From positions 1 to 37,739 of the forward strand of contig JAXMNT010000066.1 of NCBI GenBank assembly GCA_034670305.1: 37,739 nucleotides of DNA, in the 5' to 3' direction. Below, piece after piece: positions 1 to 8,485 of the stretch. The translations under genes and the position numbers were made by a program. A model generated the notes under the pieces. The model did no database searches and was not told the origin of the DNA. It saw only the letters and a list, made by a program, of their open reading frames with translations. The stretch's first letter is position 1, and each line of letters starts with the position of its first letter. The stretch comes from Deltaproteobacteria bacterium. GTDB taxonomy: Bacteria; Myxococcota_A; Polyangia; Polyangiales; Houyiibacteriaceae.

Positions 1-38
1 CGATGCTCGTCGCGCTGATCAAGCGATCTGACCGCTGA
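1..38 (+). CDS. 3' end of a gene truncated by the window edge (...MLVALIKRSDR*); possibly a four-helix-bundle (23S rRNA IVP-like) protein
   Basis: Frame 3..38 reads ATG CTC GTC GCG CTG ATC AAG CGA TCT GAC CGC TGA. It resembles the C-terminal helix of four-helix-bundle proteins and is followed by GGGCAA hexamer repeats. Only 11 residues plus the stop are visible. Confidence 0.25.
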   Translation, partial: MLVALIKRSDR

Positions 39-366
39 TCCGCGGGCAAGGGCAAAGGCAAGGGCAGGGGCAAGGGGCAGGCTGCGAGAACGCCCTGCGG
101 GCGTTCTTCAGCAACCTGCTAGAGCGCCGACCGGTTTGAATCGCCCGCGCCTCCGCGGCCGATGCGGGCCGCATGCGGCCCCGCCACCCCTCGAATGGCT
201 TACAGCCGTCCTTCGGCGCGTGCAGAACCACCTTCGACACCACCTGGTCCACGCAATCACAGACGATTCAAACCGGTCGGCTGAAACGCCCGCAGGGCGT
301 TCTCGCAGCCTGCCCCTTGCCCCCGCCCTTGCCTTTGCCCTTGCCCGCGGATCAGCGGTCAGATCG
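24..366. repeat. Nested long inverted repeat: outer arms 24-105/285-366, inner arms 126-143/264-281
   Basis: The outer arms are 82 bp with 1 mismatch and contain GGGCAA-type hexamers. The inner arms are a perfect 18-bp match (GCCGACCGGTTTGAATCG). The left arm is followed by TTCAGCAACCTGCTAG (107-122), which looks like an IS5-type end. Confidence 0.9.
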
Positions 367-398
367 ATTCCCGGCGGCTTCGTCCGCTGGGCATCGGG

Positions 399-504
399 CC
401 GATTCGCGGCCTCGCCGTCGCGAAACACACGGCGTCCACGACGCGGGCAAGGGCACGGGCAAGGGCAAGGGCAAGGGAGCAGGTCGCTTTTCAGCGACCT
501 CTAG
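399..504 (+). mobile_element. IS5-like/MITE terminal sequence ending at CTAG; inverted copy of 37389-37495
   Basis: 106 bp matching the reverse complement of 37389-37495 with 1 substitution and 1 indel. Contains (GGGCAA/C)n, the hairpin AGGTCGCT-TTTC-AGCGACCT, and a terminal CTAG overlapping the NAD kinase stop. Confidence 0.75.
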
Positions 505-1400
505 CGGCCGCGGCTGCGGAGGCCGAGCAGCTGGAGCGGTTCGCGGGAGCGTTGCATCTCGATGTCTGAGCCGACGTCGACGTGGATGAGTTTGTTGGCG
601 CCGTCGAGGTAGATGCGCCCGGCTCGGATCTTGGTCTTGAGCTTGAGCACTTCGTCGGCGGGCACGAGCCCCTTCGCCAGTTGAAGCGTGATGTCGCCCG
701 GCCGGTAGGGCTCGCGCACCACCCACTGCAACTTGCGGGAGCCGATCTTCAGCACTTTGCCGCCTGCGCTCCGCTGCGCGGCGGTCGACCCGGCGGCGGG
801 ACCCACCCAGATGCCGCTGCAGATGTGGCTCTCGGTCACGCCGCCGAACTCGATGAGGTAGCGGGTCGTCGCGGCCGGCACCTCGTGGCAGAAGAGGATG
901 TCGTTGAGTACCCGCTCGTGCACGACGTCCCCGTCCACGCGGACCTGCATGCGCGTGAGCTTCGTCGGCCGGAGGTCTCCCCGCAGCGCAGCGGCCAGGG
1001 TCTCTTCGACGTCGCCGCGGTCGCCGGCGCAGAAATACCCGACGCTCGTGGTCGGGTCGCTGTTCACCGCGACCATGGGCGTGTCGGCGTCGACCTGGTG
1101 CGAGGCCCAGAGCAGCGTTCCGTCGCCGCCAAGGGTCACCACCAGATCCCAGCGTTCGTCCGGGCGCTCGGCGTGTTTGTGTCGGAACACCGCTTTGGTG
1201 CCGAGCTTCTTCAGCGCGGCACGCGCCCGGTTCATCGTGTCGAGGTGCGCGTCGTGGGCGGACCGCAGCTTCTCCACCGACGCGTCTCCGCTGACGAGCA
1301 ACTCTTCGATGCGCGGGTCGCCGTCCGCCCGCCACCGCTCGTACGACGTCTTCTTGTAGACGACCAGGATGTCGGACTTGTTGCGGGACTTCTCGCTCAT
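501..1400 (-). CDS. nadK: NAD(+)/NADH kinase (resembles the plant NADK3-type clade)
   Basis: Motifs GGDGTLL, AVNSDP, LNDIL and SGIWVGPAAGSTAA..SAGG. The ATG at 1400 overlaps the Nudix stop (ATGA). Confidence 0.9.
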   Translation of the reverse strand: MSEKSRNKSDILVVYKKTSYERWRADGDPRIEELLVSGDASVEKLRSAHDAHLDTMNRARAALKKLGTKAVFRHKHAERPDERWDLVVTLGGDGTLLWASHQVDADTPMVAVNSDPTTSVGYFCAGDRGDVEETLAAALRGDLRPTKLTRMQVRVDGDVVHERVLNDILFCHEVPAATTRYLIEFGGVTESHICSGIWVGPAAGSTAAQRSAGGKVLKIGSRKLQWVVREPYRPGDITLQLAKGLVPADEVLKLKTKIRAGRIYLDGANKLIHVDVGSDIEMQRSREPLQLLGLRSRGR

Positions 1401-2077
1401 GGGCGGCTGCTCCAGAACGCGGCCAGGCGGCGGATGCCGACCTCGCTCTTGCAGTCCCCGATGTGTCCGGCGTCGCAGGCCGCGAGCGCTTCGGGCAGCG
1501 CCACGAACCGTACTTCCGCGCGGGCTTCCACCGGGGTGCCATCTTCGGTGGGCACACCGCGCGTTCGGTCGTCGACCTCGGCCCGAAAATAGTAGAGCCG
1601 CTCCGCGATGACCCCGGGGCTCAAGTAGACCGAGGGTCCGAGCGGACAAAGCGTGTCCGGTTCGATCGAGAGTCCAGTCTCTTCGAGGGTCTCGCGCACC
1701 GCACACGCCCGCAGCCCTTCGTCGCCACGCTCGTCGGGTTCGATGAGACCGGCCGGCAACTCCCAGAGGAGCGGCGCGCAGTGTTCGAACATCGGCACGT
1801 TCTGTTCGTGCCGGAAGACGATCGGCGGCCGCAGCGAGGAGCGCACGCAGACCCGTCCGTCGGCGGTGTGCAGCACGAGCACCACCGCGTCGAGCGCGCG
1901 CCGCTCCACGCAATCGTAGAGGAAGGGTTCGCTCGACGTGCCGTCTTCGTAGGTGCTGCGCAGTTGAAAGCGCCTCAGCCGCAGAAACCCTCCGCCTTCG
2001 GTGGGCGAGCGGTCCTCGAGGCGCTCGACCGTGGTGTCCGGCAGCTGCCAGTCGAACGCGTCGCCGTCCTTCGTCAT
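1397..2077 (-). CDS. Nudix hydrolase (ADP-ribose pyrophosphatase-like)
   Basis: Nudix box ELPAGLIE...CAVRETLEETG, SPG motif and terminal DxK. The ATG at 2077 overlaps the upstream stop. Confidence 0.88.
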   Translation of the reverse strand: MTKDGDAFDWQLPDTTVERLEDRSPTEGGGFLRLRRFQLRSTYEDGTSSEPFLYDCVERRALDAVVLVLHTADGRVCVRSSLRPPIVFRHEQNVPMFEHCAPLLWELPAGLIEPDERGDEGLRACAVRETLEETGLSIEPDTLCPLGPSVYLSPGVIAERLYYFRAEVDDRTRGVPTEDGTPVEARAEVRFVALPEALAACDAGHIGDCKSEVGIRRLAAFWSSRP

Positions 2078-2580
2078 GGCGACCACGTGAGGCCGAGCGA
2101 TGGGGAGAACACCAAGGCGTCGCGCTGCCCAGTGAGTTTCCAGATGTCCACGCCGACCGTCACGTAGAGCCGTGGATCGAACGCAAACTCGATCCGTGCC
2201 GCGCCCCCCACGAGCGCGCCGCCTTGCAGGCCGCCCGCCTCGGCGCCGCCCCAGACCCCGCCCCGCAGCATGACGTGAAAGCCGACCGGCGCCGCACGGA
2301 GCCGAAGGCCGATCTGCGCCGCCAGTGGCGTGAACACCCGGCTGGCGTTCGCGTCGTCGCTCGCGAGGATGCCGATGCCAGCAGCGCCGCCCAGCGTGAA
2401 GTAGCCAAAGTCTTTCCAGAGATCGAGCAGGACCGCGCCCCCGATGTTCCGCGGGTCGCTCCGTTCGACGAGCGCGAGCGCGGACAGGGAGCCGGAGGGA
2501 TTCCAGTCGGCGCGCGCTGTAGACCCGGCGAACGCGGACAGGAGCAGCGCTGCGCAGACCGAGATCGCGAAGCGGTTCAC
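2074..2580 (-). CDS. Secreted protein, probable small outer-membrane beta-barrel
   Basis: GTG start overlaps the transaldolase stop (GTGA). Signal peptide ending ARA-D, alternating hydrophobic/Gly strands, C-terminal SLGLTW. Confidence 0.7.
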   Translation of the reverse strand: MNRFAISVCAALLLSAFAGSTARADWNPSGSLSALALVERSDPRNIGGAVLLDLWKDFGYFTLGGAAGIGILASDDANASRVFTPLAAQIGLRLRAAPVGFHVMLRGGVWGGAEAGGLQGGALVGGAARIEFAFDPRLYVTVGVDIWKLTGQRDALVFSPSLGLTWSP

Positions 2581-3224
2581 GTCGTCGGGATCTTCTTCGC
2601 GTCCGCCAGGAACTTCTCGAGCCCGCGATCGGTCAACGGGTGCAGCAAGAGCTGGTGGATCACTTTGAGCGGCAAGGTCGCGACATGTGAGCCGAGCATG
2701 GCGGCCTGAACCACATGAAGGGGGTGGCGGATGCTTGCAGCGAGCACCTCGGTCTTCAGGTCGTAGTTCTCGTAGATGGTGATGATCTGCGCGAGCAGGT
2801 CCATGCCGTCGCCACCGATGTCGTCCACCCGTCCGAGGAAGGGCGAGATGTACGTGGCGCCCGCCTTGGCCGCGAAGAGCGCCTGGGTCGGGCTGAAGCA
2901 CAACGTCACGTTGGTCTTGATGCCTTCGTCGGTGAACGTGCGCACCGCTTTGATGCCCTCGGCGATGAGCGGCACCTTCACGACCACGTTCGCGTGAATC
3001 TTCGCGAGCGCGCGGCCCTCTTTCACGATGCCGTCGTAGTCGGTCGCGAGGACTTCGGCGCTGATCGGTCCATCGACGAGTTCGCAGATCGACGCGATGA
3101 CTTCGGTCATCGGTTTGCCGGTCTTGGCGACCAGCGAGGGGTTCGTGGTCACGCCGTCCACGACACCCATGGCCTGGGCTTCACGGATGTCGTCGAGGTC
3201 GGCGGAGTCGAGGAAGATCTTCAT
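2577..3224 (-). CDS. tal: Transaldolase, short TalC/FSA family
   Basis: [16 protein letters not shown], Schiff-base VKVP and NVTLCFS. SAEV (Glu) and SPF (Phe) favour transaldolase over fructose-6-phosphate aldolase. Confidence 0.93.
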   Translation of the reverse strand: MKIFLDSADLDDIREAQAMGVVDGVTTNPSLVAKTGKPMTEVIASICELVDGPISAEVLATDYDGIVKEGRALAKIHANVVVKVPLIAEGIKAVRTFTDEGIKTNVTLCFSPTQALFAAKAGATYISPFLGRVDDIGGDGMDLLAQIITIYENYDLKTEVLAASIRHPLHVVQAAMLGSHVATLPLKVIHQLLLHPLTDRGLEKFLADAKKIPTT

Positions 3225-3313
3225 GCCGGCAGAGATACGGGAACCGCCCGGCAGGGGCAAGAGCCCCGTGCGAACCCGGTCGAGGCCGTGCGACGAACCT
3301 GCTACAGAAAGCT

Positions 3314-3529
3314 GTGCGCGTACCCGCATCGTTCGATGGCCCAGCGGTCGTTTTCTGGGTCGTGGCCATCTGCGCAGCCGCGCTCATGGCGTGGCTCGAA
3401 TGGTCCCCGGAGCAAGCGCCGGCTGCACCGGCGGCGCCCGAGGAATCACTTGTGTTCGTCGATCTCGAGCCGCTGCCGGGCACCGACGCGAACGTGGATG
3501 GTGGCGACGGCTCCGAAGAGGAGAGGTAG
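3314..3529 (+). CDS. Small membrane-anchored hypothetical protein
   Basis: One hydrophobic segment followed by an acidic/Pro tail. Fills the gap directly upstream of the peptidase gene. Confidence 0.5.
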   Translation: MRVPASFDGPAVVFWVVAICAAALMAWLEWSPEQAPAAPAAPEESLVFVDLEPLPGTDANVDGGDGSEEER

Positions 3530-3541
3530 GGTGGAGGGGTG

Positions 3542-5173
3542 ATGTGTTGGAACCCACGCCACGTGGCGCCGATTCTCTTCAACCTGCTCCTCGCGGGCTG
3601 CGGACCCGGGACGGGGCAGGGCACCACCCCGGCGCCCGTCGTCCCCGTCGTGTTCGATGGCGTGGTCCGCTACGAAGCACGGCATGAGACCCCGACCGGC
3701 ATCAGCCGCGAGGGCGAGCTCCGGCCGGCGCGGTTCGTTCGCGTCCGCATCGTCGACGAGTCCGGCACACCCGTGGCGGAAGGCACGACCGATGCCGTCG
3801 GGCACTACGCGCTGGAGGGCACCTCGGCGGCGACCACGCTCGAGGTGTATGCGCGCATCGTGCACGACGGGCACGACCTCGCGGTCAGCCGCGATCCAGG
3901 CGGTGGCCAGGACCACGTGCTGTCGATCCCACTCCAACAGGTCCGCGCTCTGGCCGAGAGCGCCGACGCGACCGCTGTCGGTGCGACCGCGGTCGAGACC
4001 GATCACGCTGCCACCGCACAGGTGGACATTCGAGACGCCGAGCCGATGGCCGGCGCGCTCCACATCCTCGACATGTTGTACGAGGGCGCCACCGCGGTGA
4101 AGCGGTGGGTGGACGTCACGTTGCCGCCGTTCTTCGCGTACTGGGGCCGCGGCATCACCACCGACTGGAGCTTCTACACCGGAGAACGACCGCACGGCAG
4201 CGGCCGGTACACCATCGAGTTGCTGGGCGGCGAACCGGGCCAACAGGCGACGACCGACACCGACGAACACGACGAGCTCATCGTGCTCCACGAGTTCGGG
4301 CACTTCGTGATGGACGTGCTCTCGAGCGACAGCTCGCCGGGCGGACAACACCCGCGCGGTTTCCTGCTGGACCCCGGGCTCGCGTGGGAGGAGGGCCGCG
4401 CCACGTGGTTCGCCACCATGGTGAAGCGGTCGCCGATGTACCTCGACACGATCGGCATCGAACCGGGCGGCTCGCTCCGGGTGAGTCACGACCTCGAACG
4501 CGGCCACATCCACGACGTGCGGGGCATGGGCTCCGAGTCGAGCGTGGCCGAGGTGCTCTGGGATCTCGCCGACGGCGCCGACGGGGTGCCCGATCAAGAC
4601 CACGACGGGGTCGCGCTGGGACCGGCGGGCGTACTCCGCGCGATGATCGACATCAGCCGCCAGGACGGGGCGCACCCAGCGTTGCCCGGATTCTTGCGGC
4701 ACCTCGCAGACCACGACATTGCGAGCGAAGAATCCCTGCGCGCGATCCTGATCCTCGGCGGCCATCCGACCTCGATTCTCCCCCCGAGCGGCGTCGACCC
4801 CTGGCCGCGCGCGCTCGCGCTTCCGGGCAAGGCCAGTGACAAGATCGACGGGCTCAGCGATCCGGCGCCGTCGGGTGGACCGCCGCGGCCGTTGAACGGG
4901 CAGGACGCGGTGCACGTGTACCGGGTGCATCTGCCACAGGCGGGTCGGCTGTCGGCGAGCTTGGTGATCTTCGGGAGTGGCCGAGGCGAGGATCACGAAG
5001 ACTTGGATCTGGAGCTGCGCGACATTCGAACCACGGTGCTCGACCGCAGCGTGGGCGAGACGCCGCGCGAAACCGTCAGCCGCAGCCTCGAACCGGGCTG
5101 GTACCTCCTCACCGTGCGCGACGGGGGACAGGGCAACCGGGCCGGGTACGAACTCGAAGTGCGGCTCGACTGA
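3542..5173 (+). CDS. Lipoprotein zinc metallopeptidase (HEXXH) with C-terminal PPC-like domain
   Basis: Lipobox LLAG-C. HEFGH plus downstream AWEEG third-ligand motif. C-terminal DLDLELRD...LEPGWYLLTV...YELEV is typical of a pre-peptidase C-terminal domain. Confidence 0.8.
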   Translation: MCWNPRHVAPILFNLLLAGCGPGTGQGTTPAPVVPVVFDGVVRYEARHETPTGISREGELRPARFVRVRIVDESGTPVAEGTTDAVGHYALEGTSAATTLEVYARIVHDGHDLAVSRDPGGGQDHVLSIPLQQVRALAESADATAVGATAVETDHAATAQVDIRDAEPMAGALHILDMLYEGATAVKRWVDVTLPPFFAYWGRGITTDWSFYTGERPHGSGRYTIELLGGEPGQQATTDTDEHDELIVLHEFGHFVMDVLSSDSSPGGQHPRGFLLDPGLAWEEGRATWFATMVKRSPMYLDTIGIEPGGSLRVSHDLERGHIHDVRGMGSESSVAEVLWDLADGADGVPDQDHDGVALGPAGVLRAMIDISRQDGAHPALPGFLRHLADHDIASEESLRAILILGGHPTSILPPSGVDPWPRALALPGKASDKIDGLSDPAPSGGPPRPLNGQDAVHVYRVHLPQAGRLSASLVIFGSGRGEDHEDLDLELRDIRTTVLDRSVGETPRETVSRSLEPGWYLLTVRDGGQGNRAGYELEVRLD

Positions 5174-5174
5174 C

Positions 5175-5220
5175 GCAGACGCCGAAGCCGATGCCGATGC
5201 CGAAGCCGAAGCCGACGCCG
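5175..5220 (+). repeat. Short (GCCGAN)n hexamer tract between convergent genes
   Basis: gcagac-gccgaa-gccgat-gccgat-gccgaa-gccgaa-gccgac-gccg; same unit as the longer arrays but without the tail. Confidence 0.75.
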
Positions 5221-5229
5221 GGGGCCCGC

Positions 5230-5856
5230 CTACGCGAAGCCGAGGCCGAGCAGAAAGCTGGCCCATCCGAGCACGATCGCGGCTGCATGGACCCGCACCG
5301 AGGCGCGCTGCACGCGGCCTTCGGCGTCGATGCCGCGGAGCGCGAGCGAGAACGCGCCGCCGACCCACACCACGAAACCCAGCAGCACGAGCAGCACCCA
5401 GAACACGTGCGGCCGCTCGGAGGCGGCTTGCAGCCCCGCGGCGATGTCGGCTTCTTCGATCTCCGGCAAGGACTCGACCGGGTCGCTGCTCATCAAGCGT
5501 GCGATGTTCCGGTCGGCCCGGGCCAGCCGGGAGGGATGCGGTTGCCGAAGCCATCGGGCGGTGACCGCGCTCGCGTGAATCGCCCGCCACGCGGACAACG
5601 CCCGCGCGGGGGATTCCGGTTCGGTCCGCAGCGCCATGCGCTCGAGTGCTTCAAGCGCATCCACGCAGTAGGGATTGCCCGGCGCGTACCAGTGCGCGCT
5701 GCGCCGGTAGTGAAGAAGCGCCGCGTCGTCGTCTCCGCGCGCCTCGAGCGCTTGGCCGCGAAGCAGCTCTCCGCGCGACGCCGTCACGACCCGGACCGCG
5801 CTGACGCCGAGGACCGCGGCGAAGAGCAAGAGACCGGCCGCGACCTGGCGGCTCAC
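5230..5856 (-). CDS. Hypothetical membrane protein with a TPR-like helical region
   Basis: GTG overlaps the permease stop. N-terminal TM, helical AALLHYRRSAHWYAPG segment, two C-terminal TMs. Confidence 0.75.
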   Translation of the reverse strand: MSRQVAAGLLLFAAVLGVSAVRVVTASRGELLRGQALEARGDDDAALLHYRRSAHWYAPGNPYCVDALEALERMALRTEPESPARALSAWRAIHASAVTARWLRQPHPSRLARADRNIARLMSSDPVESLPEIEEADIAAGLQAASERPHVFWVLLVLLGFVVWVGGAFSLALRGIDAEGRVQRASVRVHAAAIVLGWASFLLGLGFA

Positions 5857-6824
5857 ACGAAGTCTCGGCGCCGGAAGATCAGCGAGGCCGAGATGAGCAG
5901 GAGCGTGGTGTACACGGCCCCGTACGCCACCGACTCGCCGACGTAACGCCAGGCGTCCGCGCCGTGCAGGACGTTTCGGCCCGGCACGAAGAGGTTGAAG
6001 TTCGGGACGACCACCGCGAGCGCGTGCAGCGCGTCTTCGATCGGACCCGAGAGCAGGCGCGACTGAATGGTCTGCATCGTGTCGGCGCTTCGGCCAACGA
6101 CCCACACCCCGGTGGTCAACAGGCCGGTGAGCAGCGGGGTGGAGAACGCGCTGAAGAACAGCGCGACCGCCGCGAGCACGAAGACCTCGCCGAGGTTGAG
6201 CACGAGCGCCATCAAGACGGGGCCACCCAGGGCCTCGGTCGAAGCGACGTAGGCCAAGCCCGCGCCGAGCGCGCAAGGCGCCCACCAGGACAGCACGCTC
6301 GCGGGATCCCGAAACCGGACGAGGCCGCCGACCAACAAGACGAACACCCCAAACGCCCAGCCGAGCGTCGTCCAAGACGGCCCGCTGGCTTGGACCCCCA
6401 TCACGAAGAGCTGCACCGCGCCCATCACCAGCACGAAGACAGTGGCCGTCCAGGCGATGCCGACGAACTTGCCGACGAGGAACTCCCATCGGTGGAGCGG
6501 TTTGGGCAAGACCACGTAGAGCGTCTTGCGTTCGATCTCCTTGTAGAGGAGTGACGATCCCAAAAAGACCGCGATGACCACGGAGAAGAGCGAGATGGAC
6601 GCGAGCCCGATGTCCTCGACCACCCGGCGCTCCTGATCGAGCGAGAGTTGGGCGAGCGCCAGGCTGAACACAAGCACCGCGACCGCCAGCGCGAGCACCC
6701 CGTAGAGCACGCGATCCCGGACCGCTTCACGAAAGGTGTTCAGGCCGATCGCGAAAACCCGCTGGGTCAATCCGGTGAGCGCACTCGGTTGGCGACGAAG
6801 CGAAGAGGAAGCGGTGGAGGTCAC
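5853..6824 (-). CDS. ABC-2 type transporter permease (PilI-like)
   Basis: NTFREAVRDRVLY, EIERKTLYVVLPKPLHRWEFLVGKF and terminal FRRRDF; multiple TMs; GTG start overlaps the upstream stop. Confidence 0.85.
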   Translation of the reverse strand: MTSTASSSLRRQPSALTGLTQRVFAIGLNTFREAVRDRVLYGVLALAVAVLVFSLALAQLSLDQERRVVEDIGLASISLFSVVIAVFLGSSLLYKEIERKTLYVVLPKPLHRWEFLVGKFVGIAWTATVFVLVMGAVQLFVMGVQASGPSWTTLGWAFGVFVLLVGGLVRFRDPASVLSWWAPCALGAGLAYVASTEALGGPVLMALVLNLGEVFVLAAVALFFSAFSTPLLTGLLTTGVWVVGRSADTMQTIQSRLLSGPIEDALHALAVVVPNFNLFVPGRNVLHGADAWRYVGESVAYGAVYTTLLLISASLIFRRRDFV

Positions 6825-7492
6825 GGCGCCTCGCTCTCGGCGGGCTCCCCTTCGGGGCTGGTCGGCGGTGCAGCGTCGGCTTCGGCTTCGGCCTCGGCGG
6901 TTTCGATGGGCATCTCTCCACCGAAGAACACGGCCTTGCCGACCATGAACACGCCGAGCGCGTTGACCGAGCAGATGAAGAAGATCACCGGGAGGAGGGT
7001 CGAGCCGATCCGCACCCACCGCAGGGTCGCTTCCCGCGTCGCACCAAGGGCGATCGCACCACCGCGAAGCGCCATCTCGAAGGACACCGCGAACGCCGCC
7101 AGACCGATCGCGTACAGCGCGATGACGCCTTCGTGCGGCAGCCCGTCCCGCAGAGATTGGTAGAGCTCGACCGGCGGCAGGCCGGCCAGCGTTGGCACCC
7201 ACACCCACACGATGTGGGTTCCGACGAGCACGAGCGCGCCCGCGAGGGCCACGAGGCGGATCCGCCGGAGTGGGTCTTCTTCCCGCGACTTCAACGTGCC
7301 GACCAACGAAACGAGCAACGCGGGCAAAAGCACCGCGCCGACGACGAGGATGCGCAAATACGCCGAGGCCCCGTGTCGATCCACGAACGCTCCGCGTCCA
7401 CTCGTGGCGCCCATGTCCCAGAGAAACACGGCCGCGAAGAGGCTCGTCCACACAAGGGTGGCCATTGCGCTGCGCCGGTTGGTGATCACCAC
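6821..7492 (-). CDS. Membrane protein, divergent SdhC (cytochrome b558)-like
   Basis: About five TMs with spacing and motifs reminiscent of b558-type SdhC, but most His ligands are absent. Acidic tail. Confidence 0.6.
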   Translation of the reverse strand: MVITNRRSAMATLVWTSLFAAVFLWDMGATSGRGAFVDRHGASAYLRILVVGAVLLPALLVSLVGTLKSREEDPLRRIRLVALAGALVLVGTHIVWVWVPTLAGLPPVELYQSLRDGLPHEGVIALYAIGLAAFAVSFEMALRGGAIALGATREATLRWVRIGSTLLPVIFFICSVNALGVFMVGKAVFFGGEMPIETAEAEAEADAAPPTSPEGEPAESEAP

Positions 7493-7545
7493 GTGCTTGA
7501 GTACTCCGCCCCTTCCGAATCGGTCAACTCTGATACGGTGCCGCG

Positions 7546-8475
7546 ATGGAGACCATCGTATTGGTCGTCAATCCCCGAGCGGGCGCTGGGCGCGCAAAAC
7601 GGCAGCTGGGACGCCTTTGCCGAGCGCTCGAGCACCACGGTGCACGCGTCGAGGTCCGGGAGACCGAACGCCCCCGACACGCCACCGAGTTGGCGCGGGA
7701 CGCCCTCCGCGAAGGGGCCAAGGGCATCGCAGTCGTCGGCGGCGACGGCACCCTGAACGAAGCGGTGAACGGCTTCTTCGAGCCGGACGGCACGGTCGTC
7801 TCTCCCGGTGCCTGGCTTGGGCCGATGCCCTGCGGCACCGGTGGCGACTTCCGCAAGACCTTCGGCTTCTCGAACGAGCCGGAGGCGATGGCCGAGCGGT
7901 TGATGAAAGCGGTGCCCCGTCCGCTCGACGCGGGCTGGCTCGACTACACCGATCACGACGGCCAACCCGCCGCGTGTGCGTTCCTGAACATCGCCAGCTT
8001 CGGCATCAGTGGGCACGTCGACCGGATCGTCAACGAGAGCCCCAAGTGGATGGGCGGGCGACTGGCGTTCTTCTTGGGTTCGGCGCGGGCGATGGTGAGC
8101 TACCGCAACCAGGCGGTGCGGGTTCGAGTCGACGAGGGTGTCGCGCGGGAGACCACGGTGTTCAACTTGGCGGTCGCGAACGGGCAGTACTTTGGCGGCG
8201 GCATGCAGATCGCCCCGAAGGCCGACCCCTGCGATGGGTGGTTCGATGTGGTCGCCCTTGAACGGGCGGGTGCGCTTGGCAAGATCGGGTTCTCCCGCGC
8301 CCTCTACAACGGCACCATCCTCGAACAGTCTGGCGTGCACTACGAACGCGGCGTGAAGGTGTTCGCGGAGCCCGTCGATCCGGGCACCCACGTGCTGCTC
8401 GACGTCGACGGCGAAGCGCCGGGGCGCTTGCCCGCGACCTTCGAACTTCGGAGCGGCGCGCTCCAGATCCGGTGA
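7546..8475 (+). CDS. Diacylglycerol kinase family lipid kinase (YegS/DagK/BmrU)
   Basis: Motifs NPRAG, GGDGTLNEAVNG, GTGGDF, NGQYFGGG and DVDGE. Confidence 0.93.
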   Translation: METIVLVVNPRAGAGRAKRQLGRLCRALEHHGARVEVRETERPRHATELARDALREGAKGIAVVGGDGTLNEAVNGFFEPDGTVVSPGAWLGPMPCGTGGDFRKTFGFSNEPEAMAERLMKAVPRPLDAGWLDYTDHDGQPAACAFLNIASFGISGHVDRIVNESPKWMGGRLAFFLGSARAMVSYRNQAVRVRVDEGVARETTVFNLAVANGQYFGGGMQIAPKADPCDGWFDVVALERAGALGKIGFSRALYNGTILEQSGVHYERGVKVFAEPVDPGTHVLLDVDGEAPGRLPATFELRSGALQIR

Positions 8476-8485
8476 GCGGTCGCGC

